Part shown: positions 20,401-27,919 of the stretch, piece after piece
Position numbering within the stretch: position 1 is the first letter of the stretch
Layout of the letters: each line of letters begins with the position of its first letter
Source: Candidatus Micrarchaeota archaeon
GTDB taxonomy: Archaea > Micrarchaeota > Micrarchaeia > Norongarragalinales > SBBD01
Assembly (NCBI GenBank): GCA_016212475.1
Contig: JACRGC010000001.1
Span: 9,862 to 73,861 of the forward strand
Reading direction: 5' to 3'
DNA length: 64,000 bases
The notes under the pieces: model-generated
The model's database searches: none
Told to the model about the DNA's origin: nothing
Seen by the model: only the letters and a program-made list of their open reading frames with translations
Made by a program: the position numbers and the translations under genes

Positions 20401-21336
20401 ATAAATTTTGGCGCCAACTGCGTCAACATTCTCAAATGTTGCCTTCCCCGAATCAAATGTCCTTGAAAACCCAATTTCAGCATTCGTGCTAAATAAATGG
20501 AGGTGCACATTTGCATCAACAGGCATTCCCTTCGAATCAACAACATAAACCAAAACTTCTCCCGTGCCCGTCAATTTCCCTCCATCATCAATTGGCACAA
20601 CCGCTTTTTTCCTAAGAGTTGCCGTCTTAGTCCTTTCATTTTCCGCAAATATGCTAACCTGCTCTTCAACGTAATTGTTTTTCGAAACCGTCAAGCTAAG
20701 TTCCGATTTTGAATTTTGAGCAAACAAAACCGCGCTGCCCGAAGCATCCGTAGATGTGGTTTCGAAATTTCCAGTTTCAGAATCAAAATATGAAACCAAT
20801 GCAGAATCAATTGGGACCCCGTCGGAATCCTTGACTTTGAGCGTAATTGATATTTTCTCCTCTTTTACGCTTTTGGAAGATAGGGAAAAAGTTAAGTCTT
20901 CTTGCTCTTTTGAAATAGTGATGGTTTTTTCATCGGAAACATACCCCTCTTTATCAATTTTAAGGGTTGCGCTTTTTCCAATTGGAACATTTGCAAATTC
21001 AACGATTCCTTCGCTATTTGTTTTAAGCGCCTTGAATTCCTTCCCATCGATTTGCAGGGAAACAAGCGCGCCATCAAGCGGGATCCCAGACTGCGCAACA
21101 TTCACTTTAAGGGTTGTGGTTGCCGACCCTGCCTGATTTGAAAATATGAAAATTGCAGTGATTGCAATAATTAGGAGGATTCCAATGAATGCAGGAAATG
21201 ATGGAATTCCGCGGCTTTCAATTGGCGTTACAAACGAATCATAAATTGGGATTTTCAAGTTTTGCTGCAAGTAATCGCAAAACCCGTAGTACGCATCCTC
21301 AATGCTGGTGTAAAAACCCGATCTTTCCTGCGCCAT
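14494..21336 (-). CDS. Giant (~2280 aa) membrane-anchored surface protein with tandem carboxypeptidase-regulatory/Ig-like domains
   Basis: N-terminal EDAYYGFCDYL...TM; repeated 'V.D..G.PI..A.V' units; Cys module; cupredoxin-like domain. Confidence 0.8.
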   Translation of the reverse strand: MAQERSGFYTSIEDAYYGFCDYLQQNLKIPIYDSFVTPIESRGIPSFPAFIGILLIIAITAIFIFSNQAGSATTTLKVNVAQSGIPLDGALVSLQIDGKEFKALKTNSEGIVEFANVPIGKSATLKIDKEGYVSDEKTITISKEQEDLTFSLSSKSVKEEKISITLKVKDSDGVPIDSALVSYFDSETGNFETTSTDASGSAVLFAQNSKSELSLTVSKNNYVEEQVSIFAENERTKTATLRKKAVVPIDDGGKLTGTGEVLVYVVDSKGMPVDANVHLHLFSTNAEIGFSRTFDSGKATFENVDAVGAKIYVVAEPRKSDLLQTYDGSGDAQILTSKDPLEFNVVLEKTTSRDKNITLLVSDKQGAAIAQVSVKIYNQDTGIPLSTSKSTNADGKIAFSTDKLVYATFSKEGYLPTYELDLIAGDDRSIVLQKISDDSVGSVNVKVIDFDGELVQGAKVNLMTQEGYFAGIKEAISMEDGIAKFENVPIELLGDEAKYIAKGNFESVSGSSSMFLPQVNEVVEIPLKLNQAKGTAIISLKDATNGKPINSGKASAYLRMDDSKIIDCNDFSSGTCTIDIPANKLIYFKISSQNFVDYESEDFFVEPLEKKNFEGALIPSALKDELAVYFEGVSALDGNGVFSRNPSTLTKGNYYNAKFVLNIPSNSEKAGIFIKASSRDAVEAESDIVYIDSYSKPENAIITKGFAFRPSDNCKLDSGINEEADDKPVKWLNYEYRKQQSSKAIIVKVFVKPLAKTTDEIAFDYRGYSAIGKVFARTPEDSAFGRNERTDAKDWCYAAANKTKFTVIEDRFKCNDNACTSLLFENANGQKVSKGFSVDVGSKFASFVSIRALSAIGNSAYLKITTQPELKIFEFNVGETTGNAQGKNSQLISLDDMQAGKLLQGKISMQGIIPAGYSKIDLEIGNADGVLQSFGAYITVSGTNNMVMAASPLLIEANDESKIKVSLTNAIDGSQITDAVVSIEETDGNVFDGAVPYEIVGENAKDAGEDGVYAFNRLHPYNTGKFKIVAKREGFRDAEKEVVVKLNEFLSASSKSLILSCDGNTIDVANLLDAKITVKAQSACLEILGDGVTNLEQRGMNVNFDLLAKKSKSLILNPLKQGNVCDLNIDAEATGGAHANLKISSKVTCPSLEKFCATDAQCGSGFVCTENSCVKENVVVPYADLPDPIVIDLDENYGFVSDYSLVKVAQGSTVTGCEIKSPETDEIQKMQTYVSVDCATHANILTLTADYSTHPKYTQPAIPTYDPNSAMQVQAASKLEFADEKASKISFAEEVSPSPTAPVLQMEPIHIGRLYITFANRAQKTVVIKVNGPKSPFAQVGGSGVVYITPTGFNPIRVNIPENGKVIWVNADKVARSVKQSSFNSPNILPGKPYEHVFDKTGIYNYYDGTRTATKGVIEVGNLDKVCRYKNANYFAQRFIGHLARSAVSFFNPSDGKSQQIAYSSVYKFFVRPNGVTAAIQPGLAMPQVYGNGFNPMTQAYSPNDQVTQSEQLFREQFGGSGTLAGAYHQGICEVKGAGFDCNVVITPLLPTNGMAFTIVNDYALYSASPDQLLIKGTLNEKDIRYLRAVQVDKIGVDGFINGKLTAINDLVANAPRYATFILMNKPSMIEYYMKDGYLAIRFKEHAGDTLDQKINVAFPNRNQAFTITVHFTIDNKIGKFALINVPSEAPIARVGTNGAKEPSFLVNNVPSANLANANLEQGGLGLENIYYYEQNKAQKEIESITLGRGDKIKADTIALPIPPIDAKAKVSDFDVVGNPLTGEFKNDDPLYCSKDGFCTFDDGANTLKKFSAEIGELQKPVIVQRIDFAGFGDYAARRFAEAFSLTMKDYLADKAQFELCKGIDAITGGICRQGGPVQDPTDYNCYKGGEYCDNSVSGGELWAITKEQFGRAACDSEVVNNLQAAFAGQGNFDLVKAKIMQKLLGDPAYMPRIQYTKPIVGTDNFKISVILKRAADGSESGYVVDSVKLFDKSENGLGQEGFFPLLDLTKSDDEQINTQKTATPISTIAPLIPIKPPSGALDLLRIAGKNQPPSYFYTELDGSNYGIKFDSPGKPNLFTMNKYPFNFADDKLKANVFDDAELKKLIISDKEADPRAIKVESCYFGVMSQDMESNMVLNNMFTDANKCKVDVIDAITIEKMKTNEIPSKIIMKYDEAKKENKLMIAIGKEYNACKMQVNPVSGSDQCILDANVPKIDYSDSSKKLVRAALKVLFDEAMETTSTSINNAAVNLVRKPQDVSANSWDVFMQRIASGNPNTQG

Positions 21337-21420
21337 AGATTCACGTGAATAACAAGTATGTTCAAACAAATAAAAGCCTACCTATTTTTTAGGATGGTTA
21401 AGTGGACAATATTTATTTGA

Positions 21421-21480
21421 CAAACCCAAGGGGGGTGACCCCCCTTAGTTTTGTCGGATGCCCAAACCCCCCCTGGGCGC
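21421..21480. repeat. REP-like GC palindrome element
   Basis: AAGGGGGGTGACCCCCCTT hairpin followed by GCCCAAACCCCCCCT (the latter also at ~48610). Confidence 0.6.
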
Positions 21481-21536
21481 AAAAATTAATTGCTTTAGCT
21501 GTTGGATGAAGCGGTCAATTAGTTATTATGCCTCTA

Positions 21537-21568
21537 GAAACCCACGCCTTTAGGCGTGGGTAATTCAT
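21537..21568 (+). mobile_element. Orphan IS200/IS605-like end hairpin
   Basis: GAAACCCACGCCTTTAGGCGTGGGTAATTCA resembles IS605-family subterminal hairpin ends; no tnpA or tnpB nearby. Confidence 0.55.
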
Positions 21569-21739
21569 GATTATCTGCGGCATTTTTGCCAATTAAAGTC
21601 CGATTTTTCCAGATTTGCTTGCAGTTTTTGGATATTCGGCCCTGGTTTATCCATGTCAAAGCGCAGTTTTTGCAATTTTTCCGCATAGCATTAGGATTTT
21701 TAACTTCCCTAAATCATATTAGCTGTTCAAGGGATTCAT

Positions 21740-22087
21740 ATGGCGCTTTATGACCAGATTTTGGATTTTGCAATAGTTGCGGAATTGCTGTTTCTTCTCT
21801 ACATCCTCTTGAAGGGCGCACCAAAATTCCAAACAAGGCAGCATTCAAGGGAAAGCCTAAAAAAGCAAAAAGAGCTCTCAAGAATAAAGGAGGATGCTCT
21901 AAGCAAGCTCAATGTATTGCTTGATAAAAGAGGCAAGCTTCAGCGCTTCATTTCAGATGCCAAAAAAAGGTACATGAAGGGCGAAATCACTTATGAAGCC
22001 ATGCAAATATTGATCGAGGATGCAACAAAAAGGCTAATCGAGCTTGAAGAGCAATTGGAGGATTTTGAGCATATTTACAGGGGATGA
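21740..22087 (+). CDS. Hypothetical protein (N-terminal TM, coiled coil)
   Basis: 115 aa; TM followed by a charged helical region. Confidence 0.7.
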   Translation: MALYDQILDFAIVAELLFLLYILLKGAPKFQTRQHSRESLKKQKELSRIKEDALSKLNVLLDKRGKLQRFISDAKKRYMKGEITYEAMQILIEDATKRLIELEEQLEDFEHIYRG

Positions 22088-22189
22088 AGAAAAATTATGA
22101 TTTTGAGTTATTTACAAAAGTTGGAATGATGGCGAAATTAATGATCCTAAGAATTTGCAACGGATGAAATCAAACAGGGATGAAATTGC

Positions 22190-23104
22190 ATGGCAGAACT
22201 TATCGATGGCAAAAAAATCGCACAAAAAGTGCTTGAGGAAGTAAAAGCCGAGCTTATATTGCTCCATAAAAGGAACATCAAGCCCTCACTTACGGTTGTT
22301 TTGGTTGGAAACGACCCTGCTTCTGAAATTTATGTCAATTCCAAGGAAAAGAAGGCAAATGAGCTTGGCATCCTCTCAAACAAAATCGTGCTTACAAGGC
22401 ATACTTCCGAGCGCGAATTGTTGGAACTTATTGAAAAGCTAAACAAGGAGCCGCAAGTTAGCGCCATACTTGTCCAATTCCCGCTTCCTCCACAAATAGA
22501 TGAACGAAGGGTTAGGGATGCCATTTCTCCCAAAAAGGATGTTGATGGCCTAAATTCCCAAAACATTGGGAAACTAATAAATGGCGATGAAACCTTAGCT
22601 CCTTGCACCCCAAAAGGGATTGCCAGATTATTGAAGGAATACAATGTCGATGTGGAGGGGAAAAATGCTGTTGTTGTTGGAAGATCCCTTCTTGTTGGAA
22701 AGCCAATTGCTAATATGCTTCTTAACCGCAATGCAACGGTTTCAATTTGCCACTCCAAAACCTACAACCTTATTGATTACACCAAGAACGCAGACATTTT
22801 GGTTGTTGCTGTTGGAAAATCGCATTTCATAACCGCCGACATGGTTAGGCAGGGCGCAGTTGTGATTGATGTTGGCGTAAACCGCGTAAAAACCAAATCC
22901 TTGTATGAAAATGCATTGGTAATCAAGGAAGATGTGGACCAGGCGGCCAAAATCACCGGCGATGTTGAATTTGATGCCGTTAGCAAAAAAGCCAAACTTA
23001 TAACGCCGGTTCCAGGGGGAGTTGGCCCAATGACAATTGCTATGCTTATGCAAAACACGATCAATTGCGCAAAACTAGCAAACCACATAAGGCGGCTTTC
23101 ATAA
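22190..23104 (+). CDS. folD: Bifunctional methylenetetrahydrofolate dehydrogenase/cyclohydrolase
   Basis: IDGKKIA, VGNDPAS, KDVDGL, PCTPKG, GRSLLVGKP, TPVPGGVGPMT. Confidence 0.97.
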   Translation: MAELIDGKKIAQKVLEEVKAELILLHKRNIKPSLTVVLVGNDPASEIYVNSKEKKANELGILSNKIVLTRHTSERELLELIEKLNKEPQVSAILVQFPLPPQIDERRVRDAISPKKDVDGLNSQNIGKLINGDETLAPCTPKGIARLLKEYNVDVEGKNAVVVGRSLLVGKPIANMLLNRNATVSICHSKTYNLIDYTKNADILVVAVGKSHFITADMVRQGAVVIDVGVNRVKTKSLYENALVIKEDVDQAAKITGDVEFDAVSKKAKLITPVPGGVGPMTIAMLMQNTINCAKLANHIRRLS

Positions 23105-23232
23105 TATTTGAAGTAAAACTTGGAATTTAGCTTCTGAAAAAAACTCCCAAGCTTCCATTGTTCGCTTAAAACTTGCATTCAGGCCCAAATAATCAGGTTA
23201 AAATAACAATTCATATTTAGTAGTTGGATAAT

Positions 23233-24099
23233 ATGGCATTCATCGACGCGCTTCGCGATAAATTCGTAAAACGTTCCCCTATCCTGATTTTCCTATTGGG
23301 CTATATTTCATCCGTTTTTGGTGTTTTAACTGCTTTCCTGATTTTTCCGGATGATGTTGGACTCATGGGCCTGGCATTTGGTTCGCTAATAATGCAGCCA
23401 TTCCTATCAAAGCTCCTTGCCAATGAGGATAAAATTGTTTATCGGCAAAAGAGATTTTCAAGAAAACTTTTCAGCGACCACTCCCAAACCTTCAAAACCA
23501 TTTTTTTGCTGTTCCTTGGAGTCATGCTCGCATACTCCACAATGTATCTTTATTCCAACCAGATCCGTGTGAGGAATCTGTTCGACACTCAGTTAGATAG
23601 ATTTGTAAACACCGGAAGCGCGGCATCGAACCAAGTTGTTGGAAGCGCAATTACTGGCTCGGCTTCGCTTGAGTGCAAAACCCAATTCGATTGCTTCCTT
23701 GGGATTTCAGCCAACAATTTCCGCGTAATGCTAGTTGCGCTATTGCTATCGCTTCTCTACGGCGCAGGCGCAATGCTTTTCCTTTCATGGAACGCATCCG
23801 TTTGGGGTACGGTTTTTGCCTATTATGCAAAAAACAGCGCGTTCACAACCGGATCCGCCAAATATGCTGCATTTTCCGAACTTTTGGTTAGGGTTTTCCC
23901 GCACACATTCCTTGAAGCATCAGCGTACTTCCTTGCGGTAATTGCGGGTTTGGTAATTTCAAAAGCGCTCCTTCGCGAAAAACTTTGGTCGCCAAGGTTC
24001 AATTTCGTAATTCGGGACGGAATGCTTTTCTTTTACCTCTCAATAATAATAATTTTCGTTGCAGCCTATATAGAAGTGTATTTGCTCCCATTTTTCTAG
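23233..24099 (+). CDS. SpoIIM-like membrane protein
   Basis: NNFRV, WNASVWG, FPHTFLE, AAYIE motifs; multi-TM. Confidence 0.8.
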   Translation: MAFIDALRDKFVKRSPILIFLLGYISSVFGVLTAFLIFPDDVGLMGLAFGSLIMQPFLSKLLANEDKIVYRQKRFSRKLFSDHSQTFKTIFLLFLGVMLAYSTMYLYSNQIRVRNLFDTQLDRFVNTGSAASNQVVGSAITGSASLECKTQFDCFLGISANNFRVMLVALLLSLLYGAGAMLFLSWNASVWGTVFAYYAKNSAFTTGSAKYAAFSELLVRVFPHTFLEASAYFLAVIAGLVISKALLREKLWSPRFNFVIRDGMLFFYLSIIIIFVAAYIEVYLLPFF

Positions 24100-24158
24100 T
24101 TTGCCAATCCTTCCATATGCCAACCCTTCCGCCCTGTTTTATCAAAAAGTTACAAATA

Positions 24159-24479
24159 TCAGGCGATTGAAAAAGTTATCAGCTTGGGGCTTGCAACCCT
24201 AACTTCCAATATTCCCTTATCCTTTAAGTTCAAAGCGGTAATTATTTCCTTTGGAATCCTAAACACAAAAGAGTTTCCAACCTTTGCAATTTTTGCGTGC
24301 AATTTTTTCTCATTTTGCAGTTTATTTATTGCAAAAATCCTTCCGGCATCTTCCGAATGTATAGTTTTTTCCCCGCAATTTTGGCAGCTAAAGCCCCTGA
24401 CATCATATCCCCTAAAGCCGAATTTGGATTCTTTAGCAAAGTGTCCGCAAACATGGCACTTAATTTTATCGCTTTTCAT
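24159..24479 (-). CDS. Zn-ribbon plus AbrB/MazE-like antitoxin
   Basis: CHVC...CQNCGE; C-terminal KIAKVGNSFVFRIPKEI. Confidence 0.8.
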   Translation of the reverse strand: MKSDKIKCHVCGHFAKESKFGFRGYDVRGFSCQNCGEKTIHSEDAGRIFAINKLQNEKKLHAKIAKVGNSFVFRIPKEIITALNLKDKGILEVRVASPKLITFSIA

Positions 24480-24481
24480 TT

Positions 24482-24751
24482 TTATCGCCTCGAATACTTG
24501 CCTGCATGGATTATCAGCCAGATATGCTCCTTTGAAAAATATTGATGTGATTTGGCAACCACAATTTTTCTTGTTTTTGCGCCTTTTTGGAGTTCAATTT
24601 CGAAAATTCCCTCCTTTCTTGATCTTGATTCCTTGCCATTTTCGAGGATTTCCAAAATCTCCGCCTCATCCCAGCGCAATTCCATTATTTCTCCGGATCC
24701 TGCGAACGTATAATCGACCCGGCGCCCCTTCCAATACAGCATTGAACTCAC
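24482..24751 (-). CDS. Putative toxin (DUF4258/BrnT-like)
   Basis: Small gene directly upstream of the Zn-ribbon antitoxin; EILEILENG...WLIIHAG. Confidence 0.55.
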   Translation of the reverse strand: MSSMLYWKGRRVDYTFAGSGEIMELRWDEAEILEILENGKESRSRKEGIFEIELQKGAKTRKIVVAKSHQYFSKEHIWLIIHAGKYSRR

Positions 24752-24762
24752 CGCCTCTTGCT

Positions 24763-24784
24763 GTATATACTTTAAAGTATATAC
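24763..24784. promoter_or_regulatory. Perfect 22-bp palindrome, probable antitoxin operator
   Basis: GTATATACTTTAAAGTATATAC just upstream of the TA pair. Confidence 0.6.
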
Positions 24785-24922
24785 TTACAAGTATATATTG
24801 ATTGCGCCTCCACAATACATCTCCAAAATCAATGCTTAAATTGGTTGGCAGGGGTCTTTTCGGGTGAAAATAGGCTTTATGCAAAACTTTCCATTAGGGG
24901 ATTTTTTCCTTTCCCAAATTAA

Positions 24923-25693
24923 CTAGCTTTTCAGTTTCTCCAAAAGTTTTTTGTGAAGCGCACCATTGCTTGCAACAAAATTAAAGTATTTTTCCGTAAG
25001 ATCTATCGCTTTCCCATCGTGCGAGCTGGTTTTGCCTTTCGCCTCATGCAAAATTGCGCATCCGGCAGCCACATCCCAAGTGTAAAGGTAAGCTGAAATG
25101 AACGCATCGAACCTTCCGCACGCAACATATGCCAAATCCATTGCAGCCGAACCCAAAGTCCTAACCCTATGGTGCAGCGCAAGCTTTTTTTCCAAAAGAA
25201 GGGTTTGCCGTATTACATTTTCCTTGGGGGGCATCTCAACTGCAAGCGCCAAATCATAGAATTTTTTTTGCTTTGATGCAAAAATTCTTTTTCCATTCAA
25301 AAAAGCGCCCTTCCCAATTTCAGCGGAAAACATCTCATCCATTGTTGGGACATAAATTGCGCCTGCAATTGGCTTTTTCCCATCCAAAAGGCCAACAGAA
25401 ACACAAAAAAGCGGATTATCGTGCGCAAAATTCCCCGTGCCATCGATTGGGTCCACAATCCACCTAAAATTCGATCCGTGCGTGTTGAAGGGCGATTCCT
25501 CAGAGAGGAAATCGTGATCGTAAAAATTATCCTCAATTAGTATTTTATGCAAAAGCTCCTCGGATTCCTTATCCGCAATTGTTGCAATGTCCCGCTTTGC
25601 CTTGAAATGGATTCCTTTTTCCTTTCCCTTGAATTCCAAAACAAGTTCTCCGGCCTCCCTGGCTGCCTTTTTTGCAACATCAACAAATTTCAT
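24923..25693 (-). CDS. suhB: Inositol monophosphatase family protein
   Basis: SEE, WIVDPIDGTGNF, GSAAMDLAYVACGRFDA, WDVAAG. Confidence 0.92.
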   Translation of the reverse strand: MKFVDVAKKAAREAGELVLEFKGKEKGIHFKAKRDIATIADKESEELLHKILIEDNFYDHDFLSEESPFNTHGSNFRWIVDPIDGTGNFAHDNPLFCVSVGLLDGKKPIAGAIYVPTMDEMFSAEIGKGAFLNGKRIFASKQKKFYDLALAVEMPPKENVIRQTLLLEKKLALHHRVRTLGSAAMDLAYVACGRFDAFISAYLYTWDVAAGCAILHEAKGKTSSHDGKAIDLTEKYFNFVASNGALHKKLLEKLKS

Positions 25694-25877
25694 AATTGAA
25701 TAAACGCAAAACCCCTATTATAATGCTTTGCCGAATTGCCAAATTTACCGGGGTTTTCCAAAAACCGCAATACGTAGCGTTTGCATTTGCCAATTCTTCT
25801 ATAGATGGGCATTTAAAAAAGCTTAAAAACACTTAGTGCATTAAAATTGATTATTAGAGTACTTACAGGTGAGATTT

Positions 25878-26243
25878 ATGGGAATTTTCTCTTCTTTGAG
25901 CAAGGCGCTTGGTTTTACAAAAGACATAAACGTCGAAGAATTCATGTCCGCTGCGGAAGCTGAGGACGTTGATGTGATGCACAAATCCGCGGATTATTAT
26001 GTCAAGCCAATTGCCCTGCAAAACGAGGGCGATGTTGCAGCTGTCAAGGACGAGCTAAACAACAAGAACCACGTCCTTTTGAACTTTTCGCCAATCATGA
26101 GGAACCCAGCCAAGCTTAAGCAAGTGGTTGGAGAGCTCAAAAGCTTTGTTGGCTCCATAAACGGCGACATTGCAAGGATTGATGAGGATAAGATTCTTCT
26201 GACTCCGGCCAATGTCAAAATCGTCAAGAAAAGGCATGGGTAA
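25878..26243 (+). CDS. sepF: Archaeal cell-division protein SepF
   Basis: GDIARIDEDKILLTPANVKI C-terminal signature. Confidence 0.85.
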   Translation: MGIFSSLSKALGFTKDINVEEFMSAAEAEDVDVMHKSADYYVKPIALQNEGDVAAVKDELNNKNHVLLNFSPIMRNPAKLKQVVGELKSFVGSINGDIARIDEDKILLTPANVKIVKKRHG

Positions 26244-26250
26244 TCTTCCA

Positions 26251-26685
26251 ATGGCGGTCGCAGAAACCAAAATAAAGGAGCATCGTGATGGTGGCTTTGA
26301 TATTTCCATTCCAGAATGGGATTTGACTGCCAAATACCGCGAGTTTGCCAATGATGTTGCGGATAATCGCATTGAAAAATTTAAAGCAAATGCCAAAGCG
26401 TTGGGATTTTCGTTGTTGCCAACAAGAAAAAGCCAAGCCCGTGCAGCAATAAATACTGCCAACGCAAAAGAAATTGACGAAAAAATTGCCAATTTATTCA
26501 AATCCCACGGACGAACGTTTTTGAGCAGTATTCATGTGGATGAACGGACCAATGGGAAAATAATCAATTTGATCAAAACCAGCAAAACTCCCGTGTATCT
26601 TAAGGTTGCAGGAAGGGCTATAAAACTAACCACTTATTCTCCATTTTTACGCCATAATGTCGAAGTCAAGCGCGAAACTATTTAA
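26251..26685 (+). CDS. Hypothetical basic protein, paralog of the next gene
   Basis: Shares colinear motifs with 26736-27239. Confidence 0.6.
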   Translation: MAVAETKIKEHRDGGFDISIPEWDLTAKYREFANDVADNRIEKFKANAKALGFSLLPTRKSQARAAINTANAKEIDEKIANLFKSHGRTFLSSIHVDERTNGKIINLIKTSKTPVYLKVAGRAIKLTTYSPFLRHNVEVKRETI

Positions 26686-26735
26686 ATTTGCAATCGCCAA
26701 AGAAACCTAATCTGCAAGAAAAGGAAAAAGGTAGC

Positions 26736-27239
26736 ATGAATAAAATGGCATCCGAACCCGAAAAATTGCAAACCCGCATAAAAAGCAATGAGCGCTATGG
26801 GGAGTTCAAGGCCATAATGCCCGCAAATGAATTAACCCCTAGATGGAAGGATTTTGTCTTTAAGGTAGGCAAGATTCGGAAAGAAAAATACCGACTTCAG
26901 CGCAAAAAGGCAATTCTGATATTGTTGCCAACCAAGGCTGCAAGGCAGGCTAGGGAAAAAATCGCTTTTGAGATTGAAAATAAGAATCTGGCGCTAAAGA
27001 AGTTATTCGAGCCTTTGCAAAATATTACTGAAGTTAATTTCCACCTTGATGGCAAAATCAACCGTCGAATCAATGTTAGTCTTATAAATTCTCCAAAGCT
27101 TGCCTCCCTAACAGTATTCAAGAATAAGCTTATTTTGGATAATAATCGGGCTCCGGCATTCAGGTATGGCGCATCCCTTTGGAATTTGAATAAAACCGGC
27201 AAAAAAATAAAGGAGTCGAACTCCAAATCCAACCTTTAG
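26736..27239 (+). CDS. Hypothetical basic protein, paralog of the previous gene
   Basis: LLPTKAARQAR versus LLPTRKSQAR, and other shared motifs. Confidence 0.6.
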   Translation: MNKMASEPEKLQTRIKSNERYGEFKAIMPANELTPRWKDFVFKVGKIRKEKYRLQRKKAILILLPTKAARQAREKIAFEIENKNLALKKLFEPLQNITEVNFHLDGKINRRINVSLINSPKLASLTVFKNKLILDNNRAPAFRYGASLWNLNKTGKKIKESNSKSNL

Positions 27240-27820
27240 AGGAATTTCGAGATCCTAACTTGCTTTTCCGTTTGTTTTGGCTTTTGGATTTTTGCTTTTT
27301 TTGACCTTTCGCGTTTTGGAAGCTCTTCTTTCACATAAGATGCCAAGCTTTCAATTGCCTCATTGGTTATGATTTTGTTGTAGTTGATTTTTGGCAAATC
27401 CTCCATCTCTGATTCTGAAAATGAGCTTAGGACGACAAGCCCAGCTTCTTCAGAAATCAGGAAATAATACGGCGGCTCAAGCGGCCTTGAGATGTATTTT
27501 ACCCCATTGAAGCCCTTTGAAATTTTCCTATGCATAATAAGCCATTCATGCTCATCTTCCTCCACTTCAAGTGTTGATGCATTAAGCTTATCCAATTCAT
27601 CCCCAAAATATCTCTTGAAATGCAATAGAAGCGAGCGCTGTGAAACCCCAATTAATACGCCCGAATATGGTTCATGAACGTGCCTTAGCTTTATTTCCGC
27701 AGTTTTTCCAAGGTACCTTGAATTCAAAAGCGGTGTTTGGAATATCAATGGGTAGTAGAACTCATCTTCCGAAGCTATGACCTTTGAATAGTGCTGCTTA
27801 TCCAAAATGAAAAACTCCAC
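27236..27820 (-). CDS. Hypothetical protein with C-terminal PIP-box-like motif
   Basis: GTG start; ends KQVRISKFL. Confidence 0.65.
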   Translation of the reverse strand: MEFFILDKQHYSKVIASEDEFYYPLIFQTPLLNSRYLGKTAEIKLRHVHEPYSGVLIGVSQRSLLLHFKRYFGDELDKLNASTLEVEEDEHEWLIMHRKISKGFNGVKYISRPLEPPYYFLISEEAGLVVLSSFSESEMEDLPKINYNKIITNEAIESLASYVKEELPKRERSKKAKIQKPKQTEKQVRISKFL

Positions 27821-27919
27821 CAAAATCCCCAAATGACTAAGTTTCCTGCAATTTATATTCCTAGCCCCCAAAACAAATACCCATATAAATTAAGATTTGG
27901 ACAATTAAGCTGGTTTACA

